From positions 331,943 through 395,942 of the forward strand of contig CAWCQK010000004.1 of the NCBI GenBank assembly GCA_963797685.1: 64,000 bases of DNA, read 5' to 3'. Position 1 is the first letter of the stretch, and every line of letters begins with the position of its first letter. Positions 21,076-30,321 of this stretch are shown here, piece after piece. This DNA is from an uncultured Chloroflexia bacterium (GTDB lineage Bacteria > Chloroflexota > Limnocylindria > Limnocylindrales > CSP1-4). The notes beneath the pieces were generated by a model. It ran no database searches. It was not told the DNA's origin and saw nothing but the letters and a program-made list of their open reading frames with translations. The translations under genes and the position numbers were made by a program.

Positions 21076-21981
21076 GATACGCGAGTGCCGGGCGCCCGGA
21101 TGAGCGGCCTGGACGTCGGAGCGGATCCGGCGTTGCCTGGTCGGGCCGCCCCGCCCGATGCCGGGTTGTACGGCCCGGCATCGGAGGCGTGGCGGCTCAA
21201 CCGCGAGGCGATGCTCCTGCTCGGAGCCGGACCCCGGGCACTGCTCCTCCAGATCGCACACCCGGCGGTCGCGGCGGGTGTCGCCGACCACTCCGACTTT
21301 CGCGCGGACCCGTGGCGGCGCCTCGCCGGCACGCTCCGAAGCTACCTCACGATCGTCTACGGGACGACCGCGACCGCCCGCGGCGAGATCCGGCGGCTCA
21401 ACGCGCTCCATCGCGGCATCACCGGACCCGGCTACGCGGCACGCGACCCGGAGCTCTCGCTGTGGGTCCACGCCACCCTGATCGACTCGACGGTCGCCGT
21501 CGCCGACGCCTGGCTCGAGCCGATCGGGCGCGACCGGCGCGCGGCGTTCTATGCCGAGACCCGGCCCATCGGCCGGGCGTTCGGCGTGCCCGACGCGTTG
21601 CTGCCGGCGGACCTCGAGGCATTCGATGCATACGTGGCGGGGATGCTCGCGCCGTCGGGTCCCGTCCGCGTGTCGGCGGTCGCGCGCGAGCTGGCGGAGG
21701 CCGTGCTGCGACCGCCACTCGGGCCGATCATCCCGTTCCTGGCCGGCGTCCCGCCCGAGGCATACGCATGGACGCTGTGGCCGTCGGTCGGGCTGCTGCC
21801 GGCGTCGGTGCGTGACGAGTACGGGTTGCCCTGGGGTCCACGCGAGCGGCTCGTGTCGGCATGGCTGGTCGCGGGCTGGCGGGCATGGCGCCCCCTGCTA
21901 CCCGCGTCCTTTCGCCAGATGCCCAAGGCACTCGCGGCGGACCGCCGCGTGGCCGGCGGCTCCCCCGACCCGGCCGCGTAG
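21073..21981 (+). CDS. MpaB/DUF2236 family oxygenase-like protein
   Basis: GPASEAWRLNREAMLLLGAGPRALLLQIAHPAVAAGVADHS...RRLNALHRGI resembles the DUF2236 (ER-bound oxygenase MpaB-like) family. Confidence 0.7.
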   Translation: MDTRVPGARMSGLDVGADPALPGRAAPPDAGLYGPASEAWRLNREAMLLLGAGPRALLLQIAHPAVAAGVADHSDFRADPWRRLAGTLRSYLTIVYGTTATARGEIRRLNALHRGITGPGYAARDPELSLWVHATLIDSTVAVADAWLEPIGRDRRAAFYAETRPIGRAFGVPDALLPADLEAFDAYVAGMLAPSGPVRVSAVARELAEAVLRPPLGPIIPFLAGVPPEAYAWTLWPSVGLLPASVRDEYGLPWGPRERLVSAWLVAGWRAWRPLLPASFRQMPKALAADRRVAGGSPDPAA

Positions 21982-21991
21982 ACTGCCGTCC

Positions 21992-23401
21992 GTGACCTCA
22001 GAGCACTCCACACTCTCCGATCCCACAGCCACGGACCGTCTTGCGGCCGCGATCTCCGCCCGCCTCCCCGGCATCAGGCTGCTCACCGACCCCCTCGATC
22101 GTGAGAGCCACCGATACGACGAGACCGCCTACAACAAGGCGGGCCTGCCCGGGGCGATCGTCTTTCCGACGACCACCGACCAGGTCGCCGAGCTCGTCAG
22201 GATCGCCGCCGAGCTGCGCATCCCCGTCGTCCCGCGCGGCTCTGGGACCGGGCTATCCGGGGGCGCGTCCGGTATCGAGGGCTGCCTGACGCTCGTCTTC
22301 ACGGGCATGGACCGGATCCTCGAGATCGACCGCGAGAACCTCGTTGCGGTCGTCCAGCCGGGCGTCATCAACGCCCATCTCAAGGCCGCCGTCGCGGCCG
22401 AGGGGCTGTTCTACCCGCCCGATCCGGCCAGCTACGAGCTGTGCTCGATCGGCGGCAACCTGGGCACGAATGCCGGCGGCCTGTGCTGCGTCAAGTACGG
22501 CCAGACGCGCGACTCCGTCCTTGCCCTCGAGGTCGTCATGGCCGACGGGACGGTCATCCGTACCGGCGGCAAGAACATCAAGGACGTCGCCGGATACTCA
22601 TTGACGCACCTGTTCGTGGGAAGCCAGGGCACCCTCGCGATCACCACCGAGGCCACGCTCCGCCTCCGTCCGGCGCCGCCGCCACGCTCGACGATGCTGG
22701 CGTTCTTCCCGACCCTCGACGGGGCCGGCGACGCGGTGGCCGGGATCGCCGCCGCAGGGCTGTCACCGGTCACCCTCGAGCTCCTGGACAGGTTCACCAT
22801 CGCCGCCGTCGACGACATGAACAACCTCGGTCTCGACCGGACCGCCGCCGCGATGCTGATGATCGAATCCGACCTCCCCGGCGTCGCCGCCACCGATGAG
22901 CTCGAACGCGCGGAGGCCGCCTGCCGGGTCGCGGGCGCGACCGACGTCATCCGCGCGGCCGACGCCCAGGAGGCCGACTGGCTCCGCCAGGCGCGCCGGG
23001 CCGCCCACTACGCGCTCGAACGCCTCGGCGAGGTCCGCATGGAAGACATCGGCGTGCCGCGCTCGCGCGTGCCGGACATGCTCCGCGAGATCGAGCGCAT
23101 CGCTGCGCGGCATCAGGTCCGGATCGGGACGTTCGGTCATGCCGGCGACGGCAATCTTCACCCGGACCTCGTGTTCGACCGCGGCGACCCCACCGCCGAG
23201 GCCAAGACGGAGGCCGTCAAGAAGGACCTCTACCGCGCGGCGCTCGACCTTGGGGGCACGGTGACCGCGGAGCACGGCATCGGCAGCGCCCGCCGCGACT
23301 GGCTCGAGATCCAGAAGGGCGCCGACGCCGTGCGCGTGATGCGCGCGATCAAGACCGCGCTCGACCCGCTCGGCACCCTGAACCCGGGCCGCGTCGTCTA
23401 G
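21992..23401 (+). CDS. glcD: FAD-linked oxidase (glycolate oxidase GlcD / D-lactate dehydrogenase family)
   Basis: FAD_binding_4 motifs (PVVPRGSGTGLSGGA) and C-terminal GTVTAEHGIGSARRDWL...LDPLGTLNPGRV. GTG 21992 is the first start after the upstream stop. Confidence 0.85.
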   Translation: MTSEHSTLSDPTATDRLAAAISARLPGIRLLTDPLDRESHRYDETAYNKAGLPGAIVFPTTTDQVAELVRIAAELRIPVVPRGSGTGLSGGASGIEGCLTLVFTGMDRILEIDRENLVAVVQPGVINAHLKAAVAAEGLFYPPDPASYELCSIGGNLGTNAGGLCCVKYGQTRDSVLALEVVMADGTVIRTGGKNIKDVAGYSLTHLFVGSQGTLAITTEATLRLRPAPPPRSTMLAFFPTLDGAGDAVAGIAAAGLSPVTLELLDRFTIAAVDDMNNLGLDRTAAAMLMIESDLPGVAATDELERAEAACRVAGATDVIRAADAQEADWLRQARRAAHYALERLGEVRMEDIGVPRSRVPDMLREIERIAARHQVRIGTFGHAGDGNLHPDLVFDRGDPTAEAKTEAVKKDLYRAALDLGGTVTAEHGIGSARRDWLEIQKGADAVRVMRAIKTALDPLGTLNPGRVV

Positions 23402-23596
23402 CCTCGCTCGCCCTGCGGAGTCCACCACACCGGACCGCCGCACAGCCCGATTCATCCGAAGCTCCGGATCCGACGCATACCCGGCGTATCGCTCGACGGA
23501 CCTCGCGACCCCGTCGGTCGTTCCGCCCATCCGGGTCGGCCGGTCTCCGCGGGGACCGGCACGCTCGTCAGCCCCAAGGTCCAGGAGAGGATCGCA

Positions 23597-24727
23597 ATGA
23601 AACGTCCATTCAAGATCACCGCGTTCGGGGCGGCACTCGTCGTGCTGACCGTCGGCGCGGCACCCCTGCTGTCGAGCGCGGCCGACCACATCGACGCCTC
23701 GGCATTCGGCAGCCTCGGGACATCCGGCGGACCGTTCGCCCCGACCTCGGTCCACGGGGAACGCGACATCAACGATGTCTTCGCGTTCCAGGGAGCCGAC
23801 GCATCGCACACCGTCCTGGCGATGACGACCAATCCGGCCATCAACGCTTTCGGCGGCAAGTTCGGCGCGAACGTCCGCTACATCATCAATGTCGACCAGA
23901 ACGGCGACGCCATCCAGGACCTCGCCTACGTCGTCCGCTTTGACGACGGCGCGCCGGGTCACCAGAAGTACACGGTCACGCGCTATACCGGCGCGAATGC
24001 CGTGTCGCTCAGCCACGGCAACGTGCGCGGTTCGGGTTCGACGGCCGGCAACGGCATGTCGACGCTGAAGGGCGACGGCAGGGTCTTCGCCGGTGTCCGG
24101 TCCGACCCGTTCTTCTTCGACCTCACCGGCTTCGTCGGGACACTGTTCCATATCGGGACCGATGCGCTCGGTGACAACCCCACCGACTTCTTCAGTGGCC
24201 TCAACGCCAACGCGATCGTGATCGAGGTCCCCGACGATCAGCTCGGCGGGAAGATCGGCGTCTGGGGCGTCACGACCTGGTGGAACGGGACCACGTGGAT
24301 GCCCGGCGACCAGATGGGACGCCCGGCGATCAACACCGTCTTCAACAACAAGCTCGTCGACCCGAACTCGGCGACGACCAAGAACCTGTTCAACGCCACG
24401 CCTCCGTCCAAGCAGCGGACCGCCGACGGCGGCCAGTTCCGGACCAACATCATCACCACGCTGACCCACATCAACGCGGTGCTGGGGACCGGACACGCCG
24501 ACTACACGACGGCCCAGGCGCAGGGGCTGGCCGATTTCCTCCTGCCGGACATCCTGACCTACGACACCTCGACGAAGGCCGGGAGCCTGAACGGGCGCGC
24601 GCTGTCCGATGACGTCATCGACATCGAGCTCGGTATCACGACCAACGGTGCGGTCACATCGGACGGGGTGGGCGCGCACAGCGACTACCTCAGCTCCTTC
24701 CCGTACCTCGGCGACCCACATCCCTAG
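23597..24727 (+). CDS. DUF4331 family secreted protein
   Basis: Signal peptide, SAADHIDASAF, DINDVFAF, SDPFFFDL and GRPAINTVF are hallmarks recalled for DUF4331. AGGAGAGG SD lies before the ATG. Confidence 0.75.
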   Translation: MKRPFKITAFGAALVVLTVGAAPLLSSAADHIDASAFGSLGTSGGPFAPTSVHGERDINDVFAFQGADASHTVLAMTTNPAINAFGGKFGANVRYIINVDQNGDAIQDLAYVVRFDDGAPGHQKYTVTRYTGANAVSLSHGNVRGSGSTAGNGMSTLKGDGRVFAGVRSDPFFFDLTGFVGTLFHIGTDALGDNPTDFFSGLNANAIVIEVPDDQLGGKIGVWGVTTWWNGTTWMPGDQMGRPAINTVFNNKLVDPNSATTKNLFNATPPSKQRTADGGQFRTNIITTLTHINAVLGTGHADYTTAQAQGLADFLLPDILTYDTSTKAGSLNGRALSDDVIDIELGITTNGAVTSDGVGAHSDYLSSFPYLGDPHP

Positions 24728-24734
24728 CCTCCTC

Positions 24735-24763
24735 GGAGGGGCGGCCCGACGGGTCGCCCCTCC
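24735..24763 (+). terminator. strong GC hairpin between the DUF4331 and TPR genes (no U-tract)
   Basis: GGAGGGGCG(g)CCCG-a-CGGG(t)CGCCCCTCC is a ~13-bp stem starting 8 nt after the stop codon. Confidence 0.4.
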
Positions 24764-24790
24764 GATCCACAGACACAAGGGGCGTACCAG

Positions 24791-26188
24791 ATGAGCACCG
24801 CGATCACCCCGCTCCCGGGCCGCAAGGGCGTTCCTCGCCCGCGCGTCCTGGGCATCCTCCTCGCAGCCGTGATCGTCGTGGCGGTCACCTATGTATCGAC
24901 AGGGGCACGTCAGGCGGCGCCGACGACAGCCGTGCCGCCCGCCCACCTGACCGATCCCACGACCATCGACCCCGTCGGCGGGGCCGCGGGCCTGATCGCG
25001 GCGTCGACTGCCCAGATCGACCAGGGCATCAAGGTGTGGTCGGGGAACCTCGCCAAGGAACCCCGCGACTTCTTCTCGGCCACGACGCTCGCCTCGCTCT
25101 ACTACTCGCGAGGACGGCTGAGCGGCGACCTGGCCGACGAGCAGAAGGCACTCCAGTTCGCCCAGACGGCCGTGGCCGCCGCCCCGACCGAACCTGGCGG
25201 CCGAGCGATGGAGGCCGCGATCCTCTACTACCTCCATGACTTTGCCGGCGCGCAGACGAAGGCCGCCGCCCTCTACAAGGACGATCCGACCCAGCTTGGC
25301 GCGCTGGCGACCACGGCCGACGCTACGCTCGAGCTCGGCGACATCGCCGGCGCTCGCGCCGACTACGACAAGCTCGGGAGCCTCGCCTCGGGCATGGCAG
25401 TGGACGTCCGCCTGGCCCGGCTCGCGTACGTGACCGGCGGGGCCGACGATGCCCTGGCTCTTGCCCAGAAGGCCCGCGACGAGGCGATCAAGGACGTCGC
25501 GACCGGTGGCTCGGACGACCTCGGCTTCTACGACTACGCGGTCGGCGAGTACGCACGGACGGCCGGTGACGCGACCACGGCCGGTGCCGCGTTCCAGGCG
25601 GCGCTCGCCGTTCGCTCGACCGACCTCGGCTCGCTCGTCGGGCTCGCCCGCATCGACGCGTACCAGGGCGACACGGCGGCCGCGATCGCTGCTTTGCGGA
25701 CGGCGGCGGCCATCGCGCCCCAGCCGGAGACGGTCGGGTTGCTCGGTGACCTCCTTGCCGCCACCGGCGACGCGACAGGCGCCGCCACGCAGTTCGCGAC
25801 CGTCCGGTTCATCGAAAAGCTCGGCGAGATCCAGAGCACGGTCTACGACCGCGTCATCCTCCGCTTCGAGCTCGACCACGGCGGTGCCTCCGACGCCATC
25901 CTGGCGAAGGCGCAGGCCTCGCTGAACGCTCGACCCGACTACACCGGCTACGACACGGTCGCCTGGGCGCTGTATCGCCTCGGACGCTACGACGAGGCCG
26001 CCGCTCAGATGGCGTCGGCGATGGCGAATGGCTCGGCCGACGCTCGGCTGCTCTTCCACAAGGGCGCCATCGAGGTCGGGCAGGGCAACGCGGCCGCCGG
26101 TCGCGCGGACCTGCAGCGTGCCCTGGCCCTCGGACCGGCGCTCGATCCGAACGAGCGGGTGGAGGCGGAGCACCTGCTCGGGCAGTAG
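24791..26188 (+). CDS. membrane-anchored tetratricopeptide repeat protein
   Basis: N-terminal TM (VLGILLAAVIVVAVTYV) followed by multiple TPR-like Ala-rich repeats; 465 aa. Confidence 0.7.
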   Translation: MSTAITPLPGRKGVPRPRVLGILLAAVIVVAVTYVSTGARQAAPTTAVPPAHLTDPTTIDPVGGAAGLIAASTAQIDQGIKVWSGNLAKEPRDFFSATTLASLYYSRGRLSGDLADEQKALQFAQTAVAAAPTEPGGRAMEAAILYYLHDFAGAQTKAAALYKDDPTQLGALATTADATLELGDIAGARADYDKLGSLASGMAVDVRLARLAYVTGGADDALALAQKARDEAIKDVATGGSDDLGFYDYAVGEYARTAGDATTAGAAFQAALAVRSTDLGSLVGLARIDAYQGDTAAAIAALRTAAAIAPQPETVGLLGDLLAATGDATGAATQFATVRFIEKLGEIQSTVYDRVILRFELDHGGASDAILAKAQASLNARPDYTGYDTVAWALYRLGRYDEAAAQMASAMANGSADARLLFHKGAIEVGQGNAAAGRADLQRALALGPALDPNERVEAEHLLGQ

Positions 26189-26206
26189 CGGGGGTTGACT
26201 GCCAGG

Positions 26207-26235
26207 AACGGCCCGGGTTTCGTGCCCGGGCCGTT
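26207..26235 (+). terminator. stem-loop terminator candidate after the TPR gene
   Basis: AACGGCCCGGG-tttcgtg-CCCGGGCCGTT is a perfect 11-bp stem 19 nt after the stop. It is followed by TCGATCG, a weak U-tract. Confidence 0.55.
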
Positions 26236-26294
26236 TCGATCGTCGTCGTTGACAGAGGCAGGTCCTGCCCGGATGATGGGCCGGCCATGGATGC

Positions 26295-26315
26295 ACATCT
26301 GTTCAGTACATCTGT
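26295..26315 (+). promoter_or_regulatory. direct repeat ACATCTGT x2 immediately upstream of the SorC-family regulator start
   Basis: ACATCTGT at 26295-26302 and 26308-26315 in a locally AT-rich patch. TTG start at 26319. Confidence 0.3.
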
Positions 26316-26318
26316 ACA

Positions 26319-27245
26319 TTGAGCGATCTCGACCAGCTGGTGCGCGCCAGCCGGCTGTACTACGAGCTCGGTGAGACGCAGAACGCGATCGCGAGCCACC
26401 TGGGCGTGACCCGGCCGCAGGTGTCGCGGCTCCTCAAGCGGGCGCGCGCCGAGGGCATCGTCGAGATCAGGATCGTGGACCGCACCGCCGTGGACAGCCC
26501 GGCGGCCGCGACGCTCCAGCAGCGTTTCGGACTCGATGCCGTCCACCTGGCCCCGACCATCGTCGGTCCCGAGGACCTGACTCGGAGGATGGTCGGCCGT
26601 CTTGCGGCCGAGGTGTTTCGCGGCGCGATCCGCGATGGCGCGACGGTCGGGATCGGGGATGGCGCGTCGGTGTCGTCGGTGGCTGCGGCGCTCGAGGAGG
26701 CCGCCACGCCGGTCGCGGTCACGGTCGTGCCGCTGTGCGGTGGCTATTGGTCGACTGGCCCGGAGCGCGAGCCATATCGGCGCGTCGCGGAGGCGCTCGG
26801 CGGGCAGGCACGCGGGCTCATGTCGCCCGGGCTCGTGGATGACGCGACCACGCAACGGGCGCTCGTCGCGCACGCCGGCGTGCAGTCGATCATCCGCCTG
26901 TGGGAGCGGCTGGACGTCGCCCTGTTCGGCATCGGCGGTCCCGCCTGGAGCGCGGCTCGGGTGGGGGACAAGGTCGAGAGGGACCTCGAGGCATCGGGCG
27001 CGGTCGGCGAGGTGCTGGTCGCCCCGTTCGACGTCGACGGGCACTTCGTCTGCCCGGCCCTGCGCAAGCGGGTCGTCGCCTTCGACGCTCGCCGGCTCGG
27101 CCGGCTCCCGGTCTCGATCGGTGTTGCGTCGGGCGAAAGCAAGGTCCGGCCGATGCTCGGGGCCCTTCGTGCCGGCGTGGTCCGCACGCTGGTGACCGAC
27201 GTCACGTCCGCCGAGGCAGTCGTCGCGATGGATACCGCCCGATGA
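26319..27245 (+). CDS. SorC/DeoR-type sugar-binding transcriptional regulator
   Basis: N-terminal HTH (ASRLYYELGETQNAIASHLGVTRPQVSRLLKRARAEGIV) plus a sugar-phosphate-binding domain. Confidence 0.8.
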   Translation: MSDLDQLVRASRLYYELGETQNAIASHLGVTRPQVSRLLKRARAEGIVEIRIVDRTAVDSPAAATLQQRFGLDAVHLAPTIVGPEDLTRRMVGRLAAEVFRGAIRDGATVGIGDGASVSSVAAALEEAATPVAVTVVPLCGGYWSTGPEREPYRRVAEALGGQARGLMSPGLVDDATTQRALVAHAGVQSIIRLWERLDVALFGIGGPAWSAARVGDKVERDLEASGAVGEVLVAPFDVDGHFVCPALRKRVVAFDARRLGRLPVSIGVASGESKVRPMLGALRAGVVRTLVTDVTSAEAVVAMDTAR

Positions 27246-28690
27246 GCACCCGTCAGCCCGCCTTCCTCGGTCTGGACCTGGGCACGACCGAGATCAAGGC
27301 CGGGCTGGTCGGCATCGACGGTCGGCTCCTCGGCCTGGCCCGGAGCGGCTACCGGCTGGACGTGTCCGGCGGCCACGGCTGGGCGGAGCAGGATCCCGGG
27401 TCGTGGTGGTCGGCTGTCGTCGGCGCCGTCCGTGCGCTCCGCGCGTCCGATACCGGCGAGGTCGTCGCGATCGGCGTGGATGGTCACGGCCCGACTCTCG
27501 TCGCGGTCGACGGGCGCGGCGAGGCGACCCGCCCGGCGATCACCTTCCTGGACACACGTGCGGCGGCGGAGAGCGAGGTGCTCACCGCGGCGACCGGTGT
27601 CCGTGGCTGGTCGCTCGGTGGCCTGCCCGCCGCGTTGTGGGTCGAGCGACACGAGCCCGCCGTCGCCGCCGCGACCTGCTGGTACCTCTCGACCTGGGAA
27701 TGGCTGGCGCTGCGGCTGAGCGGCGTCGCCGTGGCCTCGCTCGTTCCCGACGAGGTCGTCGCGGACCGCGCGCTGGTCGCGGCCGCCGGGCTCACCACCG
27801 ACCGGTTGCCGCCCCCCGTCGCGATGGGGGAGGCGGTCGGGCGGCTGACCGCCGCGGCCGCCGACGCACTCGGGCTGCGACCGGGGACCCCGGTCGTCGG
27901 CGGCACCGTGGACGCCTTCGCGAGCTACATCGGCGCCGGGTTGCTCGATCCGGGCGATGCGTACGATCCGGGCGGGTCTGCCGGTGGCTTCGGCGTCTAC
28001 TGGGACCGGCCGGTCGAGGTCGCCGGGGCGTTCGTGACCCCGGCGCCGCTGGCCGGACGGTTCAGCGTCGGCGCCGCGATGGCTTCCACGGGCCGGGCGC
28101 TCGACTGGTACCGCGACGCGATCCTCGGCGGGACGGTCACCACAGAGACCCTGCTGGCCGAGGCCGCCGCCACGCCGCCGGGTGCCGATGGCCTGGTCTT
28201 CCTGCCGTACCTCGCCGGAGAGCGCTCCCCGATCTGGGATCCCGACGCGCGTGGCGTCCTGGCCGGGCTGACCCTCGGACACGGCCGGGGACACGTCGCG
28301 CGCGCGATCGTCGAGGCGTCTGCGCTTGCCATCCGCCACGTTGCGACCCCGATGCTCGCGGCGGGCGTGCGGGTGACCGCCATGCGCGCCTGCGGTGGTC
28401 CGGCGCGGAGCGCGTTCTGGAACGCGGTCAAGGCGGACGTGACCGGTTTCCCGGTCCTCGTGCCCGATGTGCTCGAGACCGCAGTCCTCGGATCGGCGAT
28501 CGTGGCAGCCGTCGGGACCGGCGCACAGGCCGATCTGCCCGCGGCGATCGCGGCGATGACCCGCGTCACTGAGCGCATCGAGCCGCGTCGCGAGCTGGTC
28601 CCCGTCTACGACCGGCTGTTCGCGGCCTATCGCGAGTTGTATCCGGCTACGGCGCCCGTCCTTCGGCCGCTCGGCGAGGTCCAGTCATGA
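27242..28690 (+). CDS. FGGY family carbohydrate kinase (xylulokinase-like)
   Basis: FLGLDLGTTEIKA, WAEQDP, GVDGHGPTLV and C-terminal GGPARSAFWNAVKADVTG motifs. ATGA overlap with the regulator stop. Confidence 0.85.
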   Translation: MSTRQPAFLGLDLGTTEIKAGLVGIDGRLLGLARSGYRLDVSGGHGWAEQDPGSWWSAVVGAVRALRASDTGEVVAIGVDGHGPTLVAVDGRGEATRPAITFLDTRAAAESEVLTAATGVRGWSLGGLPAALWVERHEPAVAAATCWYLSTWEWLALRLSGVAVASLVPDEVVADRALVAAAGLTTDRLPPPVAMGEAVGRLTAAAADALGLRPGTPVVGGTVDAFASYIGAGLLDPGDAYDPGGSAGGFGVYWDRPVEVAGAFVTPAPLAGRFSVGAAMASTGRALDWYRDAILGGTVTTETLLAEAAATPPGADGLVFLPYLAGERSPIWDPDARGVLAGLTLGHGRGHVARAIVEASALAIRHVATPMLAAGVRVTAMRACGGPARSAFWNAVKADVTGFPVLVPDVLETAVLGSAIVAAVGTGAQADLPAAIAAMTRVTERIEPRRELVPVYDRLFAAYRELYPATAPVLRPLGEVQS

Positions 28691-28715
28691 CCGCGACGGC
28701 GCGACCGGCGGCGGG

Positions 28716-29546
28716 GTGGGCGCGATCCAGCTCGATCGCCTGTCGTTCGCGTTCCCGACCCGGACCGGCCCGCCGCTGCCGGTCCTCGACGGCATCGACC
28801 TCACCATCCCGGACGGCGGGATCGTCGCGCTGATCGGCCCGAATGGCTGCGGCAAGTCCACGTTGCTGCGGGTCATCGCAGGGCTCCTGCAGCCAGCGGC
28901 CGGCGTCGCACTCCTCGATGGCGACCCGATCGAGGGCCCGGATCCGCGGATCGGGCTCGTCTTCCAGGAGCCTCGGCTGCTGCCGTGGCGCTCGGCTGCC
29001 GACAACATCACCTACCCGCTCGAGCTCGCCGGCTGGTCGCCCGAGAAGCGGTCTGCGCGGCTCGCGACGCTGACCGCTCTTGTCGGCCTCGATCCGGCGG
29101 TCACCGGCGCGCGCCCGGCCGAGCTGTCGGGCGGGACCAGCCAGCGGGTGGCGATCGCTCGCGCGCTCGCCCTCGAGCCCGCGGTCCTCCTCCTCGACGA
29201 GCCGTTCAGCGCGCTCGACGCGCTGACCCGGGAACGGTTCGATCTCGAGCTGTTGCGTCTCTGGGAGCGAGCCGCGACCACGATCGTCCTCGTCACCCAT
29301 AGCATCCCGGAGGCGATCCTCATCGCCGATCGGGTGGTCGTCCTGTCGCCTCGCCCGGGCCGGGTCGTGGCCGACATCCGGGTCGACCTTGGGCGGCCGC
29401 GAACGATCGCCGATCTCGATGACGCGGCCATGTCGGGGACGGCACGCGAGATCCGGGCCTACCTCGGCGATCCCGACGCCCTCGATGCGCCCGACAGTGC
29501 GCGCAGCGCGGGGCTGACGGCCACCGGACCGGAGCTCGCCTCGTGA
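28716..29546 (+). CDS. ABC transporter ATP-binding protein (NitT/TauT, SsuB/TauB-like)
   Basis: [37 protein letters not shown]. Confidence 0.85.
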   Translation: MGAIQLDRLSFAFPTRTGPPLPVLDGIDLTIPDGGIVALIGPNGCGKSTLLRVIAGLLQPAAGVALLDGDPIEGPDPRIGLVFQEPRLLPWRSAADNITYPLELAGWSPEKRSARLATLTALVGLDPAVTGARPAELSGGTSQRVAIARALALEPAVLLLDEPFSALDALTRERFDLELLRLWERAATTIVLVTHSIPEAILIADRVVVLSPRPGRVVADIRVDLGRPRTIADLDDAAMSGTAREIRAYLGDPDALDAPDSARSAGLTATGPELAS

Positions 29547-30292
29547 CCCGCGCGGCCTGGCTCCCGGTCGTCGCCGCATTCGTCGTCTTCGTCGTCGTCT
29601 GGAAGCTGGTCGTGGTGCTGACCGGGCTGCCGGTATTCGTGCTTCCTGCACCAGAGACGGTCGGCGAGCGCTTCGTCTCGGCGTGGCTGGATGGCACTGT
29701 CTGGCCCCACTTCGAGACGACGATGGTCGAGATCGTGCTCGGCTTCTTCGTCGGGGCCGGGCTGGCGCTGGTCGTCGGCTACGGGCTCGCTCGGAGCGTG
29801 CTGTTCGAGCGCCTCGCGTCGCCGTACCTGGTCGCTGCCCAGGCGATCCCGATCCTCGTCCTCGCTCCGCTGTTCGTCGTGTGGTTCGGGTCCGGGCTGC
29901 TCAGCAAGGTCCTGATCTGCGCCCTGATCGTGTTCTTCCCGGTCGCCATCGCGACGATGGTCGGCATCCGCTCGGTCGACCCGCGGCTCATCGAGCTCGG
30001 ACGGAGCCTTCGGGCGACTTCGCGCCAGATCCTCACCACGCTCGAGATCCCGGCGGCCCTGCCGAACATCTTCGGAGGCATGCGTGTCGGGGTCACCCTC
30101 GCGGTGGTCGGCGCGATCGTCGCCGAGTGGGCCGGCGCCAGCAAGGGCCTGGCCGTCCTCATCAACCTCGCCCGGGGGTCGCTGTTCGACATCCCGCTCA
30201 TGTTCGCCACGCTCGTGACGATCGCCCTCGTCAGCATCGTCCTGTACCTGATGGTCGTCGTCGTCGAGCACCGGCTCGTCGGCGCCCGCTAG
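29543..30292 (+). CDS. ABC transporter permease (NitT/TauT, SsuC-like)
   Basis: 6-TM BPD-type permease with EAA-like loop (ELGRSLRATSRQILTTLEIPAALP). 4-nt overlap with the ATPase gene. Confidence 0.85.
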   Translation: MTRAAWLPVVAAFVVFVVVWKLVVVLTGLPVFVLPAPETVGERFVSAWLDGTVWPHFETTMVEIVLGFFVGAGLALVVGYGLARSVLFERLASPYLVAAQAIPILVLAPLFVVWFGSGLLSKVLICALIVFFPVAIATMVGIRSVDPRLIELGRSLRATSRQILTTLEIPAALPNIFGGMRVGVTLAVVGAIVAEWAGASKGLAVLINLARGSLFDIPLMFATLVTIALVSIVLYLMVVVVEHRLVGAR

Positions 30293-30321
30293 CCCTGCCC
30301 GCCTTGATCGGAGGTCTCCTC

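Noticed and set aside
22763-26296. 1177-aa minus-strand ORF, the longest in the track
   Set aside because: It is antisense to three plus-strand genes with clear family motifs (GlcD-like, DUF4331, TPR). Its translation is Arg/Gly/Asp/Val-rich with no motifs, the typical high-GC stop-free antisense frame.
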